Below, piece by piece: positions 11,785 to 23,197 of a DNA stretch of 64,000 bases (the first letter of the stretch is position 1; the number at the start of each line of letters is the position of its first letter). A model generated the notes under the pieces. That model saw nothing but the letters and a program-made list of their open reading frames with translations. It was not told where the DNA came from and did not search any database. A program made the translations under genes and the position numbers. The stretch is from NCBI GenBank assembly GCA_028534125.1, contig CM052816.1, positions 13,146,001 through 13,210,000 on the forward strand, read 5' to 3'. The DNA comes from Lama glama (lineage: Eukaryota).

Positions 11785-11960
11785 AAGTTCTCTGAGCCCA
11801 CGGGAGGTGCCAGGCACAGAGCTAAGTGCTGCCCGTGCACTCTCCCACCGAACCTGCTCAGCAAACCCACGGTGAAGACGCCAGCATAGTCCCCTTCTAC
11901 AGGGGAGGCGCCTGAGGCTCCATTCGGCTGTGGAACTTGTCTAGATGGTGAGTGGAGGGG
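11785..11960 (-). mobile_element. MIR SINE
   Basis: gtgccaggcacagagctaagtgct...ttctacaggggaggcgcctgaggctc. Confidence 0.6.
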
Positions 11961-12369
11961 CTAGAAGGGGGACTCGGGGGCCTCCCCCCTTAAGCAGTAT
12001 GTTAAACACTGAACTATAATAATGCTGGCATACAAATTCTTTCTTTAAATTGACCAAAGTGGCTGTTTGGTATTCAGCGGAAATACAGAGCTGTAGTTTG
12101 ACTCATTGTTTTCAGCGGCTTTCATAGACGATGCCTCAGAAAGACATCACCTCCCCCCACCCTCATTATCAGGGTGCTTTGACCTCAACCCAGGATGCTG
12201 AGGGAATGCCTGGGATTCCAGAATGCGATCAAGGAGTCACTGGGCCACGCAGGCATTCAGCCTCCCTCCCCAGCCACGGGAAGAGCACGTTCCCACAGGA
12301 GTCCACTGGGAGCGGCAGATGCCCCCCAACCCCCGCAACAGGGCTGATGCCTTCACCCGTTCAGTGGAT

Positions 12370-12585
12370 CTTAACCAGCCGACTGCCACATGCCAAGCAC
12401 CGTGCTGGGCACTTCACGCACTATTATTCTTTCATTCTCAAAAAAAGCCCTGTGAGACAGGTGCCATTATTATCCCTCCTTTATAGGTGGGAAAACAGAA
12501 ATTCATAGCTGTTAAATATAGCTTGGGATTCTCACCAGGTCTGTCTGTTGAGTCTGGAGTTCGCTCTCTTAAGTACTATGTCATT
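12370..12585 (-). mobile_element. MIR SINE
   Basis: atgccaagcaccgtgctgggcacttcac...ccctgtgagacaggtgccattattatccc...tataggtgggaaaacaga. Confidence 0.75.
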
Positions 12586-12589
12586 GTGC

Positions 12590-12930
12590 ACATGAAAAGA
12601 CAGACACCATACCCATCCTGTAGAAGCTATCACAACAGCAGAGGAAATGTTCAATAAGCCACCAGTTACCCAGTTAATCAGTCCACTACCACTATGGAAA
12701 GTAGTACAGAGCTGAAAGAGAGGGCCCTGTGCATGTGTTGAACGGGAGGAGCTGACCCGGGGGATCAGGGAAATTTTCCCTGAGAAAGTGATGGTTCCGC
12801 TGAGAGCTGAAGTGAGTAGGACTTAAGCAGGAGAGGAGAAAAGGGGAAAGCATTTCAGATGGAGGGGACAGCATAACTGAAGACCCTGATGTATTAAGAA
12901 ATACTGGTGTGTTAGAGGGGAAGAGGACAG
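12590..12930 (-). mobile_element. L2 fragment
   Basis: ggatcagggaaattttccctgagaaagtgatg...gctgagagctgaag...agcatttcagatggaggggacagcataactgaagaccctg. Confidence 0.7.
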
Positions 12931-13255
12931 AAGGTGTAAGAGTCTGCTGAAGCTGCTCTCGTCCCTCTCCTATACCTCCTGTGTCGTTCTCTCTACCAAG
13001 AACACGACTAGCCTCAGGTCAAATCCACCCACTATCACATTCCTCACTGTCCGTCCACTGCTGCCTGATACACACTCAGCGCATCACTGATAAACGAATG
13101 AAACAAGTCGACGAATACACGAAAAACAGTTTGAACCAAAGTCAAACAAATTACAAGGGAAGGAAAAAAAATTCCACAAAATCAGTTTTTCATATCACAC
13201 ACATGTGTGTTTTGTAGCTAACTTTTTTAATACTTAGCTCTAATTTCTAAAAGTA

Positions 13256-13452
13256 CAGTTGACCCTTGAATAACACAGGGTTTGCACTGCGAGGGTCCGC
13301 TCACATGCAGATTTTTCGCTACACCATCTGTGGATGGTTGAATCTGCCAGATATGGAGCCACAGATACAGAGGGCTGGCTGTAAAGTTATCCAAGGATTT
13401 TCAACTGAGAGAGGGTCGGCACCCCAACCTCCACATTGTTCACGGGTCAGAC
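13256..13452 (+). mobile_element. Tigger2-family MITE (same family as 2711-2942, opposite orientation)
   Basis: TA|cagttgacccttgaataacac at the left end and ttgttcacgggtca as the right TIR remnant. Confidence 0.88.
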
Positions 13453-13454
13453 AA

Positions 13455-15000
13455 TGAAGTCAGACCCCTCCTTTGCATTATATGCAAAATTAACTCAAAA
13501 TGGATCATAGACTTAAATGTAAGAGCTAAAACTGTAAGATTGTTAGAAGAAAACATAATGCAAATTTGTGACAGTAGTATAGGCAAGTTTCTTACAAATG
13601 GCATCAAAAGCACAAGCAATCAAAAAATAAACAAATTGAATTTCATCAAAATTAAAACTGGTTATGACTCAAAGGACACTATCAAGAAATTGGAAAAACA
13701 GCCCTCAAAATAGAAGAAAATATTTGCAAATCATGTATATCTGACAAGGGTCTTGTATCCAGAATATATAAAGAAATTTACAAAACAATGATTAAAAAAC
13801 AAATAGCGTAATTTTTAAATGGGCAGTTTTTAAATAGACATTTCTCCAAAGAAGATATACAGATGGCCAAAAGCATACGAAAAGATGCTCAACAACATTA
13901 GTCATTAAGGACAAGAAAATCAAAACCTCAATGAGATGCCACTTCACAGTCATGAGGATGGCCACAAAAAAAGACAGATAATAACAAATGCTGGGCAAAG
14001 ACGAGGAGATTGGAGCATACATTGCTGGTGGGAAGATAAAATGGTGCAGCCACTTTGGAAAACAGTTAGGTGGTTCCTCAAAATGATAAACAGAGATCTA
14101 CCATACGAACCAGCAATTCAACTCTAAGCTATCAGCCTAAGAGAAATGAAAATAGATGTCTACACAAAAACTTGTACACAAATGTTCCTAGAAGCATTAT
14201 TCATAACAGCCAAAAAGTGGAAACAACCTAAATGTTCATCAACTAATGCATGGATAAATGAAATATATTATATCCATGTACAGTTGTCCCTTGGTATCCA
14301 TGGGGTATTGGCTGCATGATCCCCAGAAGGTACCAAAATCCTGGGATGCAAAAGGCTCTTATATAAAATGGCATAATATCTGCATATCACCTGTGCATAT
14401 TCTCCCGTATACCTTAAATCATCTCTAGATTATTCATAATACTTAATACAATATAAATGCTATGTAAGTGGTTGTAAACAAAATCTATATGCTATGTAAA
14501 TAGTTGCCAGCCTGCGGCAAATTCGAGTTTTGCTTTTCGGAACTCTCTGGAAATCTTTTTTTCCGATATTTGCTACCCACAATTGGTCAAATCTGCAGAT
14601 ACAAAACCCAAAGATATGCAGGGGGCAGACTGTAAAAGCATATTATACATCAATAAAAAAACTCAAGTACCAACACATCCTATACCATCAATGAAACCCG
14701 AAAACATCATCCTGAGTGAAAGAGGTTAATCACTGAAGACCACATTTTATATGATTCCATTTATGTGAACTGTCCAGAATAGAGACAGAAAGTAGACTGG
14801 TGGTTGCCTGAGGTTGGGGCAGGGGTGGGGAGTGGCTGCTAATAGGCATGGCCTTTCTTTTTGGGATGAAGAAAATATTCTAAAATTGTGGTGATGGTTG
14901 CACAACTCTGTGAATATACTGAAAACCTTTGTATTGTACATTTTAAATAGGTAACTTTCATGATACATAAATTATATTTCAATAGAGGTGTTAAAAAAAA
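13455..15000 (+). mobile_element. Old L1 (L1MB-like) ORF2 3' part and 3'UTR, interrupted by MER2
   Basis: aaattaactcaaaatggatcatagacttaaatgtaagagctaaaac; gacatttctccaaagaagatatacagatggcc; 3'UTR agagacagaaagtagactggtggttgcctg; A tail at ~14993-15000. Confidence 0.92.
14281..14632 (+). mobile_element. MER2 (Tigger-derived MITE)
   Basis: TA|cagttgtcccttggtatccatgggg...ttatataaaatggc...aaatcatctctagatt...gggggcagactg|TA, about 350 bp. Confidence 0.9.
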
Positions 15001-16234
15001 GTCAACTAGAAGTCGTGTCACAATCCTCAAGCTTACTAGAATTGCTTTTTTTTTTTTTCATTTTTCACCCTCAGCTCGTGAGGAAAGGCTCTGATTTTGA
15101 GCGTCTTTCTATCCTCCCCACCCCCATGGAAAGCACTACTTCCCAGATAGAGGTGGCAGGAAGGAAGATCAGGTCACGTCTTCTCAACTTTCTTCACCTA
15201 CCGTCCTGCCGGGTCATAACCATCTTTCTCCTGCTGAGCCCCGAAGCCCTACAGAGTCCTGAATTATTCCCAGATTAGAATATTTTCTCTCTACTGATTT
15301 CTAAGCCTTCCGTCCACCCCCAAAAAGCTGGTGAACAGAGAGCTTGAAATACATTTTCTTCTTAGTCCAAGCTAAGCAGAACAACTGAAACAGCAGCAAT
15401 AAAACCAGCCCACTCCCCAAGAATCCGAGTTACGTGGGAGGGGGTTCTACAGTAGCAGCGGCGTCTTTTAGGCAGACGTTGGCTGCAGTGAGGAATGTAG
15501 GTTGCACAAAAGTCATTTTCTTAGGAGCCTGGCTGAACAATGGGCTATTGAGAAAACATGTGAAGTTTTCTATCTATGGACATCCTTTTTTTTTTAAGTT
15601 TCTTTAAAGATGTTTATATGTGAACTCCAAACCTCAGTAGGTTTACTCTTCCTATAAAGTAAGAGGGCCAACACAATTTCCTACACCCCACTCCATTCCG
15701 ATTGCCTGTAAAATTTCAACTCTGTCAGGCCTTGCGATCCCTCCTCTGTTTTACTGTTGTTCATTTTTAGCTTAATGACCGCCTCATTCTATGCATCATC
15801 AGTTGGAAAATTTCAGGGAATAGCCATGTAAGAGAAATGTGCTCTTTGAATTTAGAACAGTACATTATGTGTATACTTTTATATTACGTTCCATTTGTGC
15901 TGCTCCAATAGCACTGGCCAAGCCCGAACTGAAATGACTGTGATGTTTTCCATTTGGAAAGGATGTCTCATTTATCAGATTCATAATAGCGTTTATTTTC
16001 TTTACCATTAAACATAGTTTGAGGTCTTTGCCTCCCAAACCAGTTCTAGGCATCACCAAGGTTTAGCTCTTCGTCATGGCCAGGAAGATTATAACCTCAA
16101 TGCTTTTGTTTTGTTTTGTTTCAAGCCTTTCTTAACCCTGAGGAACTGAAAAGCCTATCAGAAAAGCTCTGTCTTTAAGTTTAGGACTACTATTTTTAGT
16201 ACCAACTACAGTCCCTGGCAGAGAGTAATAAGAA

Positions 16235-16485
16235 CAACTTATATTTTTTGAACTCTTACAATGGCCCAGCCACTACTTAAGATATAGAGATAGAGACAGA
16301 AATAATTAATTTACTTAACCCCCACAATGACCCTATGAGACAGGTACTATTATTAGACCTATTTTACAGATGAGGACATTGAGATCCAGAAAGATTAAAT
16401 AATTTGTCCAAGATAACTTGCCCACACCTGGTAAGTGGCAGAACTGGGATTCTGGAGTTTGGCTCCCAAGCCACTGTGCTATGTT
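16235..16485 (-). mobile_element. MIR SINE
   Basis: ccctatgagacaggtactattattagacctattttacagatgaggacattgaga core. Confidence 0.88.
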
Positions 16486-17059
16486 ACCTGGTAGCAGGAA
16501 CCTAATAAACCTCTTGGAGTGACAGGTGGAGGATATAGAGCAACACAAGAAATCTATGACAGCAAAATTCCGTCTGTTCATCTCCACCCATCTTTTCCAG
16601 GCATATGCCCGCCAGGAAGCCTCCCCAGATTACTAGAACAGAAAGGATGTTGTTCTGTTGTCCCTCCTCCCAGCTCCTTCACCTCCTTCCCAGTTGTGGA
16701 GAGACCTTTACAGGGGATAGGATTATAGGAAGAAACCTGTGTTTGCAAAGCGAGCGAGTTCCTGGAGGCTTTGTCTTTGAATGCGGCACGATGGCTAAGC
16801 CATCGAGTAGGTACAGAAGTCCACCTATGTTTAACTCCCAGATCCATGCTCCTTCAGTTGTCACTATTCCACAGCTCTTCCCATAAAATCCAGACACATG
16901 TTTTCACACAGACATAAACTGGGTTGTCCAGTTATCTGTCTCTCATACAGCGTTCAGTGAACTCAGTTTTGACAAGTGGATAATGAAAAGATCCAGTATA
17001 CTGGATACCACAATGCTATCTGAAAGAAGAAAAACATTGCACCTAAGGCTATTCATTGT

Positions 17060-17475
17060 ATTGTGTTATAGGAAAAATTTAGAAAAGAACACATCAACAA
17101 GAAAACATTAATAGTGAGGTAGTCATACAATGGAATACTACACAGCAGTGAAATAAATAACCTCTCGCTAAATTCCACAGCGTGAATGAATCACAAAAAG
17201 TTGAAAGATGCCAGTTGCAGAAGGATACATGTGGCATAACACTTAGACAAAATAGAAAAGCACACGGAATACTGTAAATTCCCCTATGTGTGTAGTGAAA
17301 GTATTTAGAAATGGTTGGAAGTAGTAACCAAATTCAGACTTCTGGTTGCCTCTAAAGAGCAGAATAGAGTCGGGGAGTGGTGAGCAGGCATTTAAACTTG
17401 TATCTATAGTCGATACCTGCAGGTTGTGTTATTTTTCTTTACACGTTTGTGTATGTCTTAAATATTTTATAATAC
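17060..17475 (+). mobile_element. Ancient L1 (L1ME-like) 3' fragment
   Basis: catacaatggaatactacacagcagtgaaa...gtttgtgtatgtcttaaatattttataat. Confidence 0.65.
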
Positions 17476-17504
17476 CTTTTTCAAAAAGAAAACTGAGGCA
17501 GGCA

Positions 17505-17900
17505 GTCGTTCATTCTGCAAACATTGACTGAGGGCAGGTGACATGCCAGGCATCATGCTGGATGCTGGAGTACAGTGGTGACAGGAGAGATGCTCTGCCT
17601 GCCCTCCCAGACCCTCTAATCTTGCAGAGAAGATAGAAGAAGCAGATTTAGTGCTAGGAAGGCTCTGGAATGGGGCTCTGGAAGTTTGTGACACGGAGAC
17701 CAAATACCGTTCAGATGACCTAGGAAGGCTTCCAAAAGAAAATGCAGCCTAAGCTGAGACGGAAGAATGAAAAGATTCAGCTATTAGGAAAAGGAAGACC
17801 AGCCTAGATTAATTGTATCCCAAATGCCCATGTCATGGGAAGCATGCAAGTAAAAAAGAAGCATGAGATGAGGCTGAACAACGAGGAAGGAGCCAGCTCG
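17505..17900 (-). mobile_element. L2 3' region
   Basis: cattctgcaaacattgactgag...atgccaggcatcatgctggatgctggagtacagtggtga...ggaaggcttcc. Confidence 0.75.
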
Positions 17901-18894
17901 TGTAGAATCTCACATTCATTCCTTGCGACCATTTCAGCCTGATGGAGCTTGTATGAGGCTACATGCTGGCAAGTTCGAGGCGGGATGGGGAAGGGTGGGG
18001 AGGGAAAAAGAATATCTTACAGTGTTTCAGTGACTTTACCCTCTTGCTCGCTCCAGAACTGTTCCCCCGATGTCCCCTAATACAGAAGCAATTTCAGCCA
18101 ATGAGGGCAGGAAGCAGAAGACGGCGGGCAGGCAGAACGCACAGGCGAACAGGCTAAGCGTGTCCTCCCCTTCCTAGGGAGGAATGGCTCTGGCAGATTT
18201 CCACCTTGTAGGTATTTCACCGTTTGTCGCAGGCAAGTCACACAACTCAGTGATTAAATTACCAGCAGAGCTGCTGTGTGAGGAGGGAAGGTTCACGGTT
18301 GTTCCTTGCTCCTGCACTTTGGTTTAAAGGGAATTGAATTAACTCTTAATGTCCTTGGTTAGGAGAAAGAAACGTAAAAAAATCATGTCCAGTCTCCGGT
18401 TGGTGGTGTAAAAAGCTGCACGCAAGCTTATTCACCCACAGCTAGGGTCTCTGTGTCTAACCTTGGTCCCATGTTTAGATTTATAAAGTGTTAGATCACT
18501 GTCAGTTTCATTTATCTCTGTTATTAAATTTATTGGACCTCCTTTAAATGACATTATATCTTCTTATCTAATTCAAATAAATGCCTTGCTCATGGCTAGA
18601 ATGTGGATGGTGAAATCTCACGGTTAACTCAATAACTGAGATCATCTCACTGTTTTGCTTTCCTGATAGAATCCTGAATGTATTGCTCCTGCCTGGGGTT
18701 CCACACGGCTGCACCAGACTTTTCTTAAAACTGCTGCTCTTGCGCATTCTCCTTGTCTCAGTGTTTCTACAAGGAAGCAACATTCTTGCCCTGTTCTTTA
18801 GCTAGCAATTATCTTGGTCTATTTATCTTATTCAAAATGATCCCTCAATTTGCCATTGGTGTTTATTTCCATTAACTACAGTTACACATACTGA

Positions 18895-19050
18895 TAGTGT
18901 ATCAGCTAAAGGCGCAGGCTTTAGATTAAGTCCTCCATTTGAATCCCAGCTCTTTGATCTTGTGGTGACTTAACCTTAGTTTTCTCATCTGTAAAATGGG
19001 AATGATAATTGCTACTTCATAAGGGTGTGATGGAAATTAAATGAGATCGT
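18895..19050 (+). mobile_element. MIR SINE
   Basis: tttgaatcccagctc...cttagttttctcatctgtaaaatgggaatgataat. Confidence 0.85.
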
Positions 19051-19438
19051 TTTCAGCTCATGGCCTGGGTTGAAACCATTCAGATTTTCGTCAAATAGGT
19101 TAAGACATTGTATGCCGTATTTAGCTTGAGTAGAAATGCAGTTTATCATTTAAACATTTCAACCAACATTTTGCATTGTGACTGGTGAAGGGGATTTTCT
19201 CTCTGCTTTATAGCAACCTGTACATAGGGCATTTGCATGTGAATCATTGGTGCTTCCTATGTCATGTATACAAACCGGAGTCTAAATTCATTTTGTTTGA
19301 TTTGGTTCCATTTTCCTGATGACTTTCCCAGCTGCCAGAGGTGGGTCTCTTGTTCTGGAGGAAGCAGTAGACCATTCTTCAGCACCTGTTCGGGTGACCG
19401 TCCCAAAACAGAGTGTTTGAGGTTTTCAGTCACAGCAG

Positions 19439-19466
19439 CCAATGTTGCCTGGTAACCAGGAGCAAC
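19439..19466. promoter_or_regulatory. CCAAT box followed by two overlapping RFX X-box consensus matches
   Basis: CCAAT at 19439-19443, GTTGCC-T-GGTAAC at 19444-19456, and GTAACC-AGG-AGCAAC at 19452-19466. Both X-boxes fit GTNRCC(N0-3)RGYAAC. Function is untested. Confidence 0.45.
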
Positions 19467-19509
19467 AGCCTGCAGCTAAGGTAATGGAATGAGATTATCA
19501 CCCTCCATC

Positions 19510-19750
19510 AGCCTGAAACAACCGAGGCTGCCACCCAACACCCTGTGCCATTTCTTACATTTGGGGCTATGTACACATGCTAATCTCTGCCTGAAACCAT
19601 CTTCCCTACATTCGTCCTTCAGACTCATTTTTGTGCATTTATCAACTTGCAGCTTGCATGTCACCTTTTCCAAGAAACCTTCTCTGCCCCCACAGGCTGG
19701 GTGGGAATCTCTGCTACGCGTCTCCCTGTGACATTCTCTAGTTATCCCCA
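19510..19750 (+). mobile_element. L2 fragment
   Basis: cacatgctaatctctgcctgaaac...gcttgcatgtcaccttttccaagaaaccttctctg. Confidence 0.6.
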
Positions 19751-19755
19751 TTGTG

Positions 19756-20788
19756 TGGGCTGTCCTCGCTTCCCATAGTTCTGTTGTGCAGGAACTTCAC
19801 TTCCACAACTTAGTCCTATAACATCCGTCCTCCAACGACACGGCTCAAACTCCAGTTACCACGGTGCATGAACTGTGAGTAATGGTATACAGTATAAACT
19901 TCAGTGCTGGCTTTTCAGTCCACAAATCACTTCATGAAGAACAGATCCACGTTATGACCAGTCACAAATTGTGTCACTTCTTCACTGGTGAGTGGTCGCT
20001 GCGTGTTTGTCATTCAGTTCACGCAAGGACAGCAAAGACAGTATTTATGTTGCCTCCTTGTCTCCCAGCAATAAACCCATGTGACATTTTATGAATATGG
20101 ATCATCGAAAGAGGGAGTTAGACAGAAAAGAGTAAACTGCGGCAAAGAAATGAAAGATTACCTTGGGTGTCACATTCAAATTAAATGTCTGGGGTTAAAG
20201 AAGAAATAGCTGATGGTGGAACGTTGACATCTTTCCCATTGGGTATACTCTAGACGTGCAGCCAGAGGAACTTGGTGAAGGCAAATTGATTGACGTAAAT
20301 GAGCAAAGTGGCCATGGCAAGAAGGATGATGATGCCCTGGAGAAGTGGTCCTGGCAAGCCGTTTCACATTAAAGGAATTCTCAGAGATACTTCACGTTGA
20401 TGTAGAAAGAGCAAAGGATAAAATGTTAGATGCTGATCCAGGTTTAAGAAGGAGTATGATGCTGTGCTGAGACGAGGAAAGGATGCTTGCTGTATTGTTA
20501 TATGTTCAAAAGAGAAGGCAAGCACTGTTCCAATGACTCTCGATAAGTTTTTTTACACTAATTCCCAGTGTTTCTCATGTTTTAAATTATGAATCATTTG
20601 ATAAACAATAGTTGTACTATTTTTTTTTCATTTCCCTGCACATTTATAATTGACAGTAAGAGAGTTTTTAAATGTCATGGAACAATCATACTTTTCCCGT
20701 TGGTTATGATGATCACTTTGCAAGTTTCAGTTTGCAGGGTAATTTTTATGATCTTGTGCTATTGTGCAAAGTGAGAGCTGCTACCCTG
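19756..20788 (+). mobile_element. Internally deleted Tigger DNA transposon (Tigger6a-like), ~1 kb
   Basis: Degenerate TIRs (gggctgtcctcgctt / tgtgcaaagtgagagctgc..ctg|TA). Transposase N-terminal remnant MDHRKRELDRKE*TAAKK from 20097 and C-terminal KASTVPMTLDKFF at 20515-20553. Confidence 0.8.
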
Positions 20789-20837
20789 TAGTTCGTTACT
20801 ATGCACACTCTCACAGATGTAACTTTGAGTCTGGATG

Positions 20838-20921
20838 AGTGAGAGAAAAGGAAAAAAGAAAGAAAGAGAGAGGGGGGAGGAAGGAAAGAAAAAAAGAAAG
20901 AAAACGAAAGAAAAGAAAAGA
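20838..20921. repeat. GA-rich low-complexity tract
   Basis: Nearly pure A/G run. Confidence 0.9.
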
Positions 20922-21299
20922 ATTCTAAGTGGACCTCATCTATATAAAATACTAGGGATGGAAGAGGATATTCTCTTCCTCCTTGGCCAGTGTGATTTGC
21001 CAGTCCCTCCCCATCTGGATGCACGGCCGCTATTCCAAGGAGTAGATCTGCTCTGTGCTCAAATTAATTCCATATTCCTAGTAGTAGCCCTGAAGCTGGG
21101 GGTGAGTGCCTCAACCAGCAGGTCTGTGCATCAACCTGTGAGGCTCCACGAGGTGAAGGCTCAGCCCCCCCCGAGTCACGGCCACAGCCACCACGGACGC
21201 AATCTGGAGTCAGGTTTACGATTCAGATGCTCTCAGTCTTAGACCACAGTTTTGGGGCATAGGCCGTTTGCACCCTTCCTTGGGGAAGAACTTTGTGGT

Positions 21300-21826
21300 T
21301 TTCGATACACAATTTCTTGAATTCTGATAGATGTGTACACCAATGAAACCACCACCACAATCAAGATAGCTAACATTTCCATCACTCTGCAAGAGGTGCA
21401 AATTTCAAATTCCCCATTTATCCCTTCCCACCCCTTTTACCCCCTAGTAACCATAAGTTTGTTCGGTATGTCTCTGAGTCTGTTTCTGTTTTGTAGGTAA
21501 GTTCATTTGTGTCTTTTTTTTTTAGATTCCACATAAAAGTGATATCATATGGTATTTTTCTTTCTCTTTCTGGCTGACTTCATTTAGTATGATGATCTCT
21601 AGGTCCATCCATGTTTCTGCAAATGGTATTATTTTATTATTTTTTATGGCTGAGTAGTATTCCATTGTTTAAATATACCACAGTTTCTTTATCCAGTCAT
21701 CTGTCAATCGATATTTAGGTTGTTTCCATGTCTTGGCTATTGTAAACAGTGCTGCTATGAACATTGGGGTGCATGTATCTTTTCGAATTAGAGTTCCCTC
21801 TGGATATATGCCCAGGAATGGAATTG
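21300..21826 (-). mobile_element. L1 3'UTR with the same atypical tail as 8522-9372; runs into the assembly gap
   Basis: gagtctgtttctgttttgtaggtaagttcatttgtgtc...gctatgaacattggggtgcatgtatct, collinear with 8590-9115. Confidence 0.9.
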
Positions 21827-22326
21827 NNNNNNNNNNNNNNNNNNNNNNNNNNNNNNNNNNNNNNNNNNNNNNNNNNNNNNNNNNNNNNNNNNNNNNNNNN
21901 NNNNNNNNNNNNNNNNNNNNNNNNNNNNNNNNNNNNNNNNNNNNNNNNNNNNNNNNNNNNNNNNNNNNNNNNNNNNNNNNNNNNNNNNNNNNNNNNNNNN
22001 NNNNNNNNNNNNNNNNNNNNNNNNNNNNNNNNNNNNNNNNNNNNNNNNNNNNNNNNNNNNNNNNNNNNNNNNNNNNNNNNNNNNNNNNNNNNNNNNNNNN
22101 NNNNNNNNNNNNNNNNNNNNNNNNNNNNNNNNNNNNNNNNNNNNNNNNNNNNNNNNNNNNNNNNNNNNNNNNNNNNNNNNNNNNNNNNNNNNNNNNNNNN
22201 NNNNNNNNNNNNNNNNNNNNNNNNNNNNNNNNNNNNNNNNNNNNNNNNNNNNNNNNNNNNNNNNNNNNNNNNNNNNNNNNNNNNNNNNNNNNNNNNNNNN
22301 NNNNNNNNNNNNNNNNNNNNNNNNNN
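21827..22326. other. Assembly gap (500 N)
   Basis: Run of exactly 500 n, suggesting a placeholder size. Confidence 0.99.
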
Positions 22327-22809
22327 CATCATATTATGATGAAACACTATTTGTCTTTAAGAAAAAAAATCTGTGACTCAGACTTCTTACCCCTAGGACA
22401 AGCTGTTCCATCTGGGAAGGCCAAGCAAGGGTTTATTCTATTGGCTAGGGTGACGATTTGTAGAACTTTCGTTAGATCTCTCAGTTTTGTGATAATTTAG
22501 AAATTAGAGTTGGACCCTCATTCTGTGGCTGAGTGCAGTCCTGCAGAGGACAATTCTCAAGCCACATGGAGTCCAGCAAGCCACTGGTAAAAATAGTCGA
22601 TCCGTAACAGTGGTCTTGGCTTCATTTGAACTAGTGACATATGGTCCATGCTATATTTATTCCACTTCCTAATCAAGAGACACTTTGATATTCATTACAG
22701 TATAAAATAGTTACAATTTAGATGTGAAAGGCTGAATCGTAACATCGTGATTTTTGATACTAGTTTAAAAAAAAAGAAAACAAAGAAATCTGTATATTCT
22801 GGTTCTTAA

Positions 22810-22960
22810 TGTACTTCTCAAGTGCTAACCACATACCAACCACTGTGCTCAGTGTTCTGTATGAATTGCCTTATCTACCACTCTACCTGTAAGTGAGATA
22901 CCATGCCTCTGCCCATTTTACAGAGGAGAACTCAGAGGCTTGGAGCTACGAAGGATGTGG
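22810..22960 (-). mobile_element. MIR SINE
   Basis: cccattttacagaggagaactcagaggct. Confidence 0.7.
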
Positions 22961-23049
22961 CCCAAGGGCACCCACATGGGCACACCCCCCATCTCTGACA
23001 TCTGGCCTGTGCTCTCTGTGGGACACACTTGTACCTCCTCTTCAGGCTG

Positions 23050-23197
23050 TGATGGGCAAGAGCACGGACTCCTGGGCAAGTCGCATCACCTCTTTGTGCC
23101 TCCGTTTCCTCATTGGTCAAACAGGGACACTAATGCTGTTTACCTCGGACAGCTGTTGTGAGGATTAAAGGAGATGATACATGTAAAGCACTTAAAC
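23050..23197 (+). mobile_element. MIR SINE
   Basis: ctgggcaagtc...tgtgcctccgtttcctcat...gttgtgaggattaaaggagatgatacatgtaaagcactta. Confidence 0.85.

Noticed and set aside
12099..12105. Isolated AP-1 sites (also 22374 and 39814)
   Set aside because: 7-mers occur several times per 64 kb by chance and there is no clustering evidence.
16991..17006. Perfect 16-bp palindrome atccagtatactggat
   Set aside because: About one such palindrome is expected by chance in 64 kb (4^-8 per position), and there is no supporting context.
19332..19480. Coding exon between ttcccAG and AAG|GTAAT
   Set aside because: Stop codons interrupt the reading frames and I recognise no peptide. Only the regulatory motifs were kept.
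21715..22500. The three longest ORFs (191-255 aa)
   Set aside because: They are read-through of the N gap (X residues), starting or ending in L1 sequence.
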